A stretch of DNA of 62,926 nt, the filler included. It is 7 parts of 7 records of this genome, joined end to end, with 100 filler letters (N's around TTAATTAATTAA, not from the genome) between each part and the next. Parts side by side here need not be neighbours in the genome. Positions count along the whole stretch, not along the records: positions 30,061 to 35,897 come from SRR20825010_2687; positions 35,998 to 49,327 come from SRR20825010_2689; 5 more parts are not named here. The stretch is one strand, 5' to 3'. The notes below the pieces were generated by a model. The model was not told the origin of the DNA and made no database searches. It saw only the letters and a list, made by a program, of their open reading frames with translations. The position numbers and the translations under genes are program-made. This document shows, piece after piece, positions 31,344 through 39,141 of the stretch; position 1 is the stretch's first letter; each line of letters starts with the position of its first letter.

Positions 31344-32330
31344 TCACCCGCCGGGTTTTGCAGGGGCTGCACCGGAGCGAACACCCACCGTCTCCAATGC
31401 CCGTTCCTTCAGTTCGCGGAACTGCCTGGATGCGCTGCTCAACCGCTCGTCCCATTCGCGGTTGGGGGTCTGTCCTTCGATGGCCCTGAAATAGACCGAC
31501 ATGAGCGCGGCAATGGCAAAAGGTTCGATGAGCGCAGCTTTCACGGCCCAGGCAAACACTATGGCCAGCACAAAGGCCCAGCCCGCCAGTTGCCCCGGCA
31601 TGGCATAGAGGATCGCCCCGGCCGGGGCCAGCATGACAAGGAACACGGCAAAGGTCAGAAGCCACATAAAGAGCGCCAGCCAGATGGCATTCTTGAGCAT
31701 GGTCTTGCCATTCTGGGCATAGAGCACCACGCCCTGCCGAGCAGTCTCGAACGGCGTGCTTGAACCGATGCGGATGTTATAGCCGAGAATGATCTCGTCC
31801 ACATAAGTAAGCGCAATGCGGATCACCGTGTTGACGAAACGCACCAGCGTATCGAGGCCCGGAATAGGAAGAAAGCCGGCTATGCCGCCCAGAAGTCCGG
31901 TCAGAACGCGAATCACGCCTTTTACGAGCTGGTCGAGAACGAAAAGAACGTTCGCCTCGGCAAAACGTGCCGTCACTTCCTGCCGTGCATAGGCGATCTG
32001 GTTTTTGCCGTCAGGCACATCGCGCCCGTCGATCAGATGCACCATCACCGCGATGTGGCCCGCCTTGACGATGTAGAGGATGTACTCGCGAATCCAGTAG
32101 ACGATTGCGGAAACCAGTCCGAAACCGACAATTCCGCCCCAAAGCGCAAATGTGCCGGGGCCACCGGGGTCGGTGGAAACATGGCCTACACCATAACCCA
32201 CGCCCGCCCCTGTTCCGGTGGCAAAGATATAGGCGACGGTAATTCCGAAATAGACCAGCATGCGCAGTACGATGAAGGGCCATGTCCGGCCCATGATCGC
32301 CAACGTCCTGCCAATATCGAAATCCCACAT
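31344..32330 (-). CDS. Polytopic membrane protein of unknown function
   Basis: About 328-aa ORF with several hydrophobic helices; no motif recognised. Confidence 0.8.
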   Translation of the reverse strand: MWDFDIGRTLAIMGRTWPFIVLRMLVYFGITVAYIFATGTGAGVGYGVGHVSTDPGGPGTFALWGGIVGFGLVSAIVYWIREYILYIVKAGHIAVMVHLIDGRDVPDGKNQIAYARQEVTARFAEANVLFVLDQLVKGVIRVLTGLLGGIAGFLPIPGLDTLVRFVNTVIRIALTYVDEIILGYNIRIGSSTPFETARQGVVLYAQNGKTMLKNAIWLALFMWLLTFAVFLVMLAPAGAILYAMPGQLAGWAFVLAIVFAWAVKAALIEPFAIAALMSVYFRAIEGQTPNREWDERLSSASRQFRELKERALETVGVRSGAAPAKPGG

Positions 32331-32389
32331 GAAACAGCCCCAAACCGCCCCCGCCAATTGGCGAAATCATGACCGATGACGCCGGATTG

Positions 32390-32995
32390 TCAACCTGGAG
32401 TAGGCGCCGCGTTGCGAAGGCCATCAAGCAGCCGCTTGAATGCAGATACAGCTCGTTTCGACGTCTCCTCGGGGTCATCCGAATTGGCAATCCATAACGA
32501 GGCGTGCAGACTGGCCCCGCTTACAAGACGAGCCATCGCTTCGGGGTCGGCGACATCCGCACGCCCTTCCGCCACCAGTCTTTGAAGGCTGGCCGTCAGT
32601 GAGCGTATACAGGATGGCTGATTGGGCCAGTTGAACGGATCGCCAAGGACCGAGGGGCCGTCGAGCAGCATGATGCGCTGGATCTCCGGCTCGAGAGCCA
32701 TCTCGATGTAAGCAACGCATTCGTTCACGAAGCCCTGCCAGGGATCGCTGGCGCTCCGTGAAACGCCTTTGAGCCTTTCGGTCATCTCCCCGTCGATCTG
32801 CATGATGACCGCTTCGAACAGTCCCTCCTTGCCGCCGAAATGGTGATAGAGCGCGCCGCGCGTCAGGCCTGCGCCTGCGGTAAAGTCATCCATCGAAGCA
32901 TTCGCATAGCCAACCCTGCCGAAGGCATCCCGCGCTGCGGCCACCAGTTTTGCTCTGGTTTCGGCAATCATTTCACTGCGCGGCTTATGCACCAT
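32390..32995 (-). CDS. TetR/AcrR family transcriptional regulator
   Basis: 'TRAKLVAAARDAF...GY...AGLTRGALYHHFGGKEGLF' HTH. Confidence 0.95.
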   Translation of the reverse strand: MVHKPRSEMIAETRAKLVAAARDAFGRVGYANASMDDFTAGAGLTRGALYHHFGGKEGLFEAVIMQIDGEMTERLKGVSRSASDPWQGFVNECVAYIEMALEPEIQRIMLLDGPSVLGDPFNWPNQPSCIRSLTASLQRLVAEGRADVADPEAMARLVSGASLHASLWIANSDDPEETSKRAVSAFKRLLDGLRNAAPTPG

Positions 32996-33009
32996 TCAAC
33001 TCTCCATTC

Positions 33010-33079
33010 ACATACGCGACGTATATCAATTGACATACGAGACGTATGTCATTATCTGATCCACATACGCTGCGTATGT
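33010..33079. promoter_or_regulatory. Three palindromic TetR-type operators ACATACG-N3-CGTATGT overlapping a TTGACA -35 box
   Basis: 33010-33026 ACATACGcgaCGTATAT; 33031-33051 TGACATACGagaCGTATGTCA; 33063-33079 ACATACGctgCGTATGT; TTGACA at 33030-33035. Confidence 0.88.
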
Positions 33080-33114
33080 AAAACACCCCTGCTTCTGCAT
33101 CAAGGATCATTCCA

Positions 33115-34332
33115 ATGGCCAACCCCTATCGCCAGATTTTCAAGGCACCGGGCTCCAAAGGCTTCGCCGCAGCCGGTTTCTTCGCCCGATTGCCTATTGC
33201 CATGGCCCCCATCGGCATTGTCGCCATGCTATCACAGACCCACGGTGAGTATTGGCTCGCCGGCGCTGTCTCGGCCACTTTTGCCCTAACCAACGCCTTC
33301 GTTGCCCCGCAAATTTCGCGGCTCGTGGACCGGCGTGGCCAAAGTGCCATACTGACGCCTTTCACTGCCATCTCCGTGATCGCTTTTTTCCTGCTCATTA
33401 CGGCAGCAAACCGTGACTGGCCGTTGTGGACACTGTTTGTTGCCGCCCTCGCCGCAGCCACCATGCCCAGCATCCCGGCAATGGTGCGGTCGAGATGGAC
33501 CGAGATCTTTCACGACAGGCCCGAACTCAACACGGCCTTCGCTTTCGAATCTGTCGCCGACGAGCTGGTCTATATCGCCGGCGCTTCGCTTTCGGTGGGA
33601 TTGAGCGTCTCGCTCTTTCCGGAGGCCGGCATGTTGGCCAGTACGCTCTTTCTGGCTTTCGGAACTGCGGCTTTCGTGTTGCAGCGCTCGACCGAGCCCG
33701 GCATACGTCCTGCCGAAGATGGGCCGTCGCACTCCGCGATCCGCCTGCGTTCGGTGCAGATCGTCACACTTGCCCTGATCTTCGTCGGTGCCATCTTCGC
33801 CACCGCCGAAGTCAGTTCCGTGGCCATCACCAAGGCTCTCGGCCAGCCGGGTGCCGCCAGTCTTGTCATCGGTGTCTACGCCGTGGGCTCATTCCTGATT
33901 GGTATCGTCATCGGCGCACTCAACCTCAAAATGCCTCTGCAACGTCAGCTCGCCATCGCAGTGGCCGTGATCGCGTTCACCACGGTTCCGCTTCTCTTCG
34001 CCAACACCGTTGCCTTGCTCGCGCTGGCCGTCTTTGTCAGCGGCCTTGCCGTCTCGCCAACATTCATCACCGCATTCGGCGTGATCGAGCGCCGTGTGTC
34101 CCCGGCCATGCTGACAGAGGGTATCACCTGGGTTATGACCGGCATCGGGATCGGCATGGCGCTGGGTTCGTTCGTCGCCGGCTGGGTGATCGATGCATTC
34201 GGGCCGCAGAACGGTTTCTGGGTTTCGGTCGCAGCGGGCTTTTCCGCCCTGTTGACGGTGCTGGTCGGTCAAAAAAGCCTTGCGGGCGAACGCCGCGCGG
34301 CAGCCGGTGCGACATTCCAGCCGGCGGAATAG
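33115..34332 (+). CDS. MFS transporter
   Basis: About 12 TM helices, 'SRLVDRRGQ' motif-A-like segment; divergent from the TetR gene. Confidence 0.93.
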   Translation: MANPYRQIFKAPGSKGFAAAGFFARLPIAMAPIGIVAMLSQTHGEYWLAGAVSATFALTNAFVAPQISRLVDRRGQSAILTPFTAISVIAFFLLITAANRDWPLWTLFVAALAAATMPSIPAMVRSRWTEIFHDRPELNTAFAFESVADELVYIAGASLSVGLSVSLFPEAGMLASTLFLAFGTAAFVLQRSTEPGIRPAEDGPSHSAIRLRSVQIVTLALIFVGAIFATAEVSSVAITKALGQPGAASLVIGVYAVGSFLIGIVIGALNLKMPLQRQLAIAVAVIAFTTVPLLFANTVALLALAVFVSGLAVSPTFITAFGVIERRVSPAMLTEGITWVMTGIGIGMALGSFVAGWVIDAFGPQNGFWVSVAAGFSALLTVLVGQKSLAGERRAAAGATFQPAE

Positions 34333-34337
34333 TGCCG

Positions 34338-34370
34338 CCAGACTTTATCCAGACTTTACCCTGACTTTAT
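34338..34370. repeat. 11-bp tandem repeat, 3 copies (CC[A/T]GACTTTA[T/C])
   Basis: ccagactttat ccagactttac cctgactttat. Confidence 0.8.
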
Positions 34371-34372
34371 AC

Positions 34373-34405
34373 TGAGACAGGCCCGGACAAGTCGGGCCTG
34401 TCTCA
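34373..34405. terminator. Strong hairpin between the convergent MFS and ribB genes
   Basis: TGAGACAGGCCCG-7 nt loop-CGGGCCTGTCTCA, a perfect 13-bp stem with no U-tract. Confidence 0.65.
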
Positions 34406-34411
34406 CAGGGT

Positions 34412-35512
34412 TCAAACGATATCGGTCGAGGCGATTTCGATGCCGAAGCCCTCAAGCCCCACATAGTGACGCTCACGCGAGGCCATCAGTTTGATGGAAG
34501 AGATGCCGAGATCCCTGAGAATTTGTGCGCCAAGACCGATTTCGCGCCATTCACTCTCACGCCGCAACGCTTCGTCATGGTCCTCACGGTCGCTTCCCGC
34601 TGGACGGCGACGGTTTTCATGGGCGACACCCACCGAGCCCTCACGCAGATAGACCAGAACGCCGCGGCCGAGCCGCGCCATGCGTTCCATGGCTTCGTGC
34701 AGCCGCTCTTCCCTGCCAAAAACATCCGTCACCACATCCTCGGTGTGGAGCCTGACGGGAATATCCACCCCGTCCCGGATGTCGCCAAAAACAATTGCGA
34801 CGTGCTGCATCGCTTCCCAGGGAAGCGTGTAGGCATGCGCCTTTGCCGGGCCGCTCGGTGTGTCGATGTCGAAGCTCGCCACGCGCTCCACCAGCGTTTC
34901 CTGTCGCTGGCGATAGGCGATGAGATCCGCAACCGAAACCTGCAGGAGCCCGTGCTGCTCGGCAAATGCCGAAACCTGCGGTCCGCGCATCACCGTGCCG
35001 TCATCATTCACCAGCTCGCAGATGACCCCGATGGGCGGCAGTCCGGCGAGCTTGCACAGATCGACAGCAGCCTCCGTATGGCCCGAGCGCATCAACACGC
35101 CGCCTTCGCGGGCTACCAGCGGGAAGATGTGTCCGGGGCGCACGAAATCGGCAGGGCCCACATTGGGGTTCGCCAGATTGCGGACGGTCAGCGTTCGATC
35201 TTCAGCAGAAATCCCCGTCGTGGTGCCATGCTTGAAATCGACACTCACCGTGAAAGCGGTTGAATGCGGGGCGTCATTCTCGGCAACCATCGGTGCAAGG
35301 TTCAGCCGCTTTGCTTCGCCGTGGGGCATCGGCGCGCAGACAATGCCGGATGTATGGCGCACGATGAAGGCCATCTTCTCGGGTGTGCAATGCACTGCCG
35401 CAACGATGATGTCGCCCTCGTTCTCACGACCATCGTCGTCCATGACGACAACCATCTCGCCCTTTTCAAAGGCACGAAGGGCTTCGACGACCTTCTTCTG
35501 ATCATAGGGCAT
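34412..35512 (-). CDS. ribB: 3,4-dihydroxy-2-butanone-4-phosphate synthase fused to a degenerate GTP cyclohydrolase II-like domain (RibBX type)
   Basis: 'DDDGRENEGD', 'TAFTVSVD', 'RPGHIFPL', 'GHTEAAVDL'. The C-domain 'VRLHTEDVVTDVFG' lacks the Zn-binding cysteines. Confidence 0.93.
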   Translation of the reverse strand: MPYDQKKVVEALRAFEKGEMVVVMDDDGRENEGDIIVAAVHCTPEKMAFIVRHTSGIVCAPMPHGEAKRLNLAPMVAENDAPHSTAFTVSVDFKHGTTTGISAEDRTLTVRNLANPNVGPADFVRPGHIFPLVAREGGVLMRSGHTEAAVDLCKLAGLPPIGVICELVNDDGTVMRGPQVSAFAEQHGLLQVSVADLIAYRQRQETLVERVASFDIDTPSGPAKAHAYTLPWEAMQHVAIVFGDIRDGVDIPVRLHTEDVVTDVFGREERLHEAMERMARLGRGVLVYLREGSVGVAHENRRRPAGSDREDHDEALRRESEWREIGLGAQILRDLGISSIKLMASRERHYVGLEGFGIEIASTDIV

Positions 35513-35524
35513 CAGCAAACTCCG

Positions 35525-35897
35525 TCAGATGCGGCCGGTCTGGCCACGATGGCGCAGATAATGATCGGCAATGGCGCAGGCAACCATCGCTTCGGCAATA
35601 GGCACGGCGCGAATGCCCACACACGGGTCATGCCTGCCCTTGGTCAGGACGTCGACCTCATTGCCATCCCTGTCGATGCTCTGGCGCGGGGTCAGGATCG
35701 ACGAGGTAGGCTTGACGGCAAAGCGCGCCACGATGGGCTCACCGGTGGAGATGCCCCCCAGGATGCCGCCTGCATTGTTGCTCAGGAAACGCGGCGTGCC
35801 GTCATTTCCCATGCGCATCTCGTCAGCGTTTTCCTCGCCCGTAATACGTGCCGCCTCGAACCCATTGCCGATCTCCACGCCCTTCACGGCGTTGATC
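35525..35897 (-). CDS. aroC: Chorismate synthase, 5' truncated
   Basis: '[10 protein letters not shown]', '[14 protein letters not shown]', 'KPTSSI', 'GRHDPCV'. Confidence 0.97.
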
Positions 35898-35997
35898 NNN
35901 NNNNNNNNNNNNNNNNNNNNNNNNNNNNNNNNNNNNNNNNNTTAATTAATTAANNNNNNNNNNNNNNNNNNNNNNNNNNNNNNNNNNNNNNNNNNNN
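35898..35997. other. Artificial contig spacer
   Basis: 44 N + TTAATTAATTAA + 44 N. Confidence 0.99.
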
Positions 35998-35998
35998 C

Positions 35999-36763
35999 TT
36001 CACCTATGACGAGGAAGTCGGCTGCCTCGGCGCACGAGCACTGGTGAATGATCTCGCCGCCCTGCCCTACAAGCCCGCTGTCTGCATTATCGGCGAGCCG
36101 ACGGAAATGCGGATCATCGAGGGGCACAAGGGTTGTTGCGAATATACCGTGACCTTCAGTGGTCTCGAAGGACACGGCTCTCAGCCGGATCTCGGCGTCA
36201 ACGCCGTTGAATACGCCGTGCGCTATGTCACACGACTGATGGAGCTGCGCGAGACCCTGAAGGGCCGGGCACCCGAAAGCTCCCGTTTCGATCCGCCCTG
36301 GACAACGGTTCAGATCGGACGGCTCTCCGGCGGCGTTGCCCATAACGTCATTCCGGGCCTGGCCCAGCTGGACTGGGAAATGCGACCAGTGCAGAACGGG
36401 GACGCGGATTTCGTGAAGCGTGAAATCGCCGCCTATGTGAATGACGACTTGCTGCCCGCCATGCGGGCTGTCTCGAAAGACGCGGATATCAGCACCGAAA
36501 TCATCGGCGAGGTCGACGGGCTGGAGCCTGTTCCGGAAAGCGAGGCGCTGAGGATCGTGGCTGAGCTGACCGGCGCGAACGGCGCCGACCTGGTCGCTTT
36601 CGGCACCGAGGCAGGCCTGTTCCAGAAACTCGGCATCTCCACCGTGGTCTGCGGCCCCGGCTCGATCGAGCAGGCCCACAAGCCGGACGAATTCATCGCC
36701 CTCGACCAGATCGACCAGTGCCTTGTCATGCTGGACAAGCTGACGGGCAAACTGACCGGTTAG
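35999..36763 (+). CDS. argE: Acetylornithine deacetylase (M20 family), 5' truncated
   Basis: 'FTYDEEVGCLG', 'IIGEPT', 'GHKG', 'FGTEAGLFQ', 'GPGSIEQAHKPDEF'. Confidence 0.93.
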   Translation, partial: FTYDEEVGCLGARALVNDLAALPYKPAVCIIGEPTEMRIIEGHKGCCEYTVTFSGLEGHGSQPDLGVNAVEYAVRYVTRLMELRETLKGRAPESSRFDPPWTTVQIGRLSGGVAHNVIPGLAQLDWEMRPVQNGDADFVKREIAAYVNDDLLPAMRAVSKDADISTEIIGEVDGLEPVPESEALRIVAELTGANGADLVAFGTEAGLFQKLGISTVVCGPGSIEQAHKPDEFIALDQIDQCLVMLDKLTGKLTG

Positions 36764-36773
36764 GCAGCGCGGT

Positions 36774-37493
36774 CTAGTCCAGCAGCACCAGCGTCCTGAT
36801 CAGAAGATCGCCAGAGAGAGCATAGACACCGGTAAGCTCAAGGCCTTGAGGCAGGGCCGGGCCAAGAGTGCGGCGCAAACGCAAGCCTGCACCGCCATCT
36901 TCCGCCCGGATGAGCTCCGCGTCTTCAAAACCCGTATCCACCTCCAGAAACGGGCAAATCGCCTTATACAGGCTCTCCTTTAACGAGAAGACGAGGATTG
37001 TCGCGGTGGCCATATCGCATGCCGGGATGTTTGCGATTGTCCGGCGATCCCGATCCGTCAGGACCAGCTCCGCGATCTCGCTTGCTGCATCCGGATTACC
37101 GGCGTCCTCGAAGTCGAGCCCAACCCCGCGACAGCTCTTCCCGGAAGCGACAACGGCACCCGCCAGCGTCCCTGTATGTGTGATTGAGCCATGATATCCA
37201 GCCGGCCAGACCGGTATGCCTGTACGATCTCGGGCAACGCCTCGCTCTACAGATCCGGCATGCCCCAGAGCATCAGCCGCACACAACCGCCCGGCCAAAA
37301 ACGCCGCCTGCCGGGACGGGACAGCCGCCGACAGATCCTCCGGCACGGCGATACCGGAAGCGGCAGATGCGCTTTCGAAACCAGCCGCCGGATCGAACGG
37401 CCGCTCGACCAGGGAAAGCGGAATATTCAGTACGGGAAACGGCCAGACCGGCGTAACGGAACGCTCCAAACTCATATTCGCTGCCTCAAACAA
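36774..37493 (-). CDS. 4'-phosphopantetheinyl transferase (EntD/Sfp type)
   Basis: 'RQAAFLAGRLCA', 'PVWP..GSITHT', 'GVGLDFE', 'FSLKESLYKA'. Start is either TTG 37493 or ATG 37475. Confidence 0.93.
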   Translation of the reverse strand: MFEAANMSLERSVTPVWPFPVLNIPLSLVERPFDPAAGFESASAASGIAVPEDLSAAVPSRQAAFLAGRLCAADALGHAGSVERGVARDRTGIPVWPAGYHGSITHTGTLAGAVVASGKSCRGVGLDFEDAGNPDAASEIAELVLTDRDRRTIANIPACDMATATILVFSLKESLYKAICPFLEVDTGFEDAELIRAEDGGAGLRLRRTLGPALPQGLELTGVYALSGDLLIRTLVLLD

Positions 37494-37619
37494 ACGTCCC
37501 CTGCAAACACGTCATAAAAATTAGCTTCGCAAGCCATCATTTTGCCTGTTAAACTTTTGCAATTCTTATGTTTTGAGTCAAAATCTCCAGGGAAAACACT
37601 CAGTCCCGAAGGAGGCGGC

Positions 37620-38288
37620 GTGTCAGCAAAAATCATCTCGTTCGTCACCATGAAGGGCGGCAGCGGGAAAAGCACGTCCGCGATGTGCCTTGGCGCATAT
37701 TGGCAGAAATCCGGCATGAAGGTCGGGCTGATCGATGCCGATCCCGCAGGCACGCTGGTGCGTTGGATCGCCGCCGGCACCGACCTTGCGGAAATGCCCG
37801 CCGTCACCGCAGGCCCCGACAGCGTGGATACAGGGATCGACGATTTTCTGGGGCGCGGCCTTGACCGTATCATCATCGACACGCCGGGCTTTCAATCCGA
37901 GGCGACAGATGCCGCTATCCGCCGGGCCGATCTCCTGATCATTCCGATGCGCCCGTCACCGATCGATTATCAGGTTGCCGTGGATAGTGCTGAACATATC
38001 GCGCGCCTCACGGCGGCACCTGTCCGCTTCCTGCTGAGCCAGACGACAAAGGGCAGCGTCATCGCACGGCACATGCGGGCTCAGATGGAAGCTGCAAATG
38101 CACACCCAATGGCAGTAGAGATGAGCGCCAGAGTCGCTTATGGTGAAGCTGCGTTGGCTGGAACGACTCCGAGTTACTATCAACCGCGCGGCGCGGCTGC
38201 CCGGGAGATCGCGGATTTCGCATCCGAAACCGGCACTCTGCTGGGGATGCGACGCAAAAAGGCAAGAAAGGCGAGCGAGCCGGTATGA
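37620..38288 (+). CDS. Orphan ParA/MinD-family ATPase (short, no N-terminal HTH)
   Basis: Deviant Walker A 'KGGSGKST', 'IDADP', 'IIDTPG', 'RVAYGEA'. GTG start after GAAGGAGG. Confidence 0.92.
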   Translation: MSAKIISFVTMKGGSGKSTSAMCLGAYWQKSGMKVGLIDADPAGTLVRWIAAGTDLAEMPAVTAGPDSVDTGIDDFLGRGLDRIIIDTPGFQSEATDAAIRRADLLIIPMRPSPIDYQVAVDSAEHIARLTAAPVRFLLSQTTKGSVIARHMRAQMEAANAHPMAVEMSARVAYGEAALAGTTPSYYQPRGAAAREIADFASETGTLLGMRRKKARKASEPV

Positions 38289-39064
38289 GCAAGAAACTCC
38301 CTGAATTGCAACGCACGGAACGCCCCGGAACGGCGACCGATGCGGCCAGCACCAAACCAGCCGCAACACCGGCGGCCAAACCCACCGCAAAGAAACCCGC
38401 TGCGAGAAAAACCACCCCTGCGTCCAGCGCCAAGCCGGCCGCGCGCAGCACGGCAGCCAAACGTTCGGCGGCCCCGAAACGGGCAGCCTCGGCAACGGCC
38501 GCAAAACCCGAAGCCAGCACCAAGCAGCCTGCCAAGGCCGCTTCATCTTCGTCTTCCGCAACAAAAAAAGCAGGTGAAGTTATGACCACAGAGACAGAAA
38601 CCGCCAAGACAGACACAGTCGTGGCCGATGCCGCCGTCCTTCGCCAAGGGGCCAAAGCCATCGTTTCGAAATATGCCGCATGGTCCACCGCCTTTGGCGT
38701 TCTGCCGGTACCGATCGCTGATACCGTGGGCATCACCGGGACGCAGGTCTCGATGATCGCGGCCCTCTCGAAGCATTATGGCGTGCCGTTCTCCAAGACC
38801 TGGATCCGGACCATCCTGAGCTCCATTCTCGGTGGCGTTGCACCGGGTGCCCTGACAGCCGGTCTCGTCAGCACGGTCTTCAAATCCATGCCGGGCATTG
38901 GCATCGGCGTCGGTTTTGCCGGCATGGCCGCGCTCTCGAACCTTGCGACGCGCACTATCGGCAATCTCTTCATCGACCATTTCGAAGCCGGAGGCGATCT
39001 CTCCGATATCGATACCGATGAGATGAAGGCGTCGCTCTCAGAAGAAATGAAAAAGAAGAAGTAA
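38285..39064 (+). CDS. Protein with an Ala/Lys/Pro/Thr-rich histone-like N-terminal tail and a DUF697/YcjF-like domain
   Basis: ATGA overlap with parA; about 95-aa AKP-rich region; then 'IVSKYAAWS..GVLPVPIAD...Q..MI..LS.HYGVPFS...KSMPGIG...T..IG.LFI.HFE.GG'. Confidence 0.8.
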   Translation: MSKKLPELQRTERPGTATDAASTKPAATPAAKPTAKKPAARKTTPASSAKPAARSTAAKRSAAPKRAASATAAKPEASTKQPAKAASSSSSATKKAGEVMTTETETAKTDTVVADAAVLRQGAKAIVSKYAAWSTAFGVLPVPIADTVGITGTQVSMIAALSKHYGVPFSKTWIRTILSSILGGVAPGALTAGLVSTVFKSMPGIGIGVGFAGMAALSNLATRTIGNLFIDHFEAGGDLSDIDTDEMKASLSEEMKKKK

Positions 39065-39089
39065 CGCCACGCGTCACTTCTCCGAAAAC

Positions 39090-39124
39090 AAAAGGGCCGC
39101 TACGTCATCGCAGCGGCCCTTTTT
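39090..39124. terminator. Bidirectional intrinsic terminator
   Basis: AAAAGGGCCGCT...AGCGGCCCTTTTT. Confidence 0.85.
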
Positions 39125-39141
39125 CTGTGCTTTTGGTCGCT

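Noticed and set aside
37620-38288. ParA as evidence of a plasmid or chromosomal partition locus
   Set aside because: No ParB, Rep or parS is visible on the contig, and the housekeeping gene argE flanks the cluster. It is not fully excluded because the contig is truncated.
38285-38580. AKP-rich segment as the RiPP precursor for the radical SAM enzyme
   Set aside because: It has no leader or cleavage motif, is fused to a folded domain, and lies in a separate convergent transcription unit.
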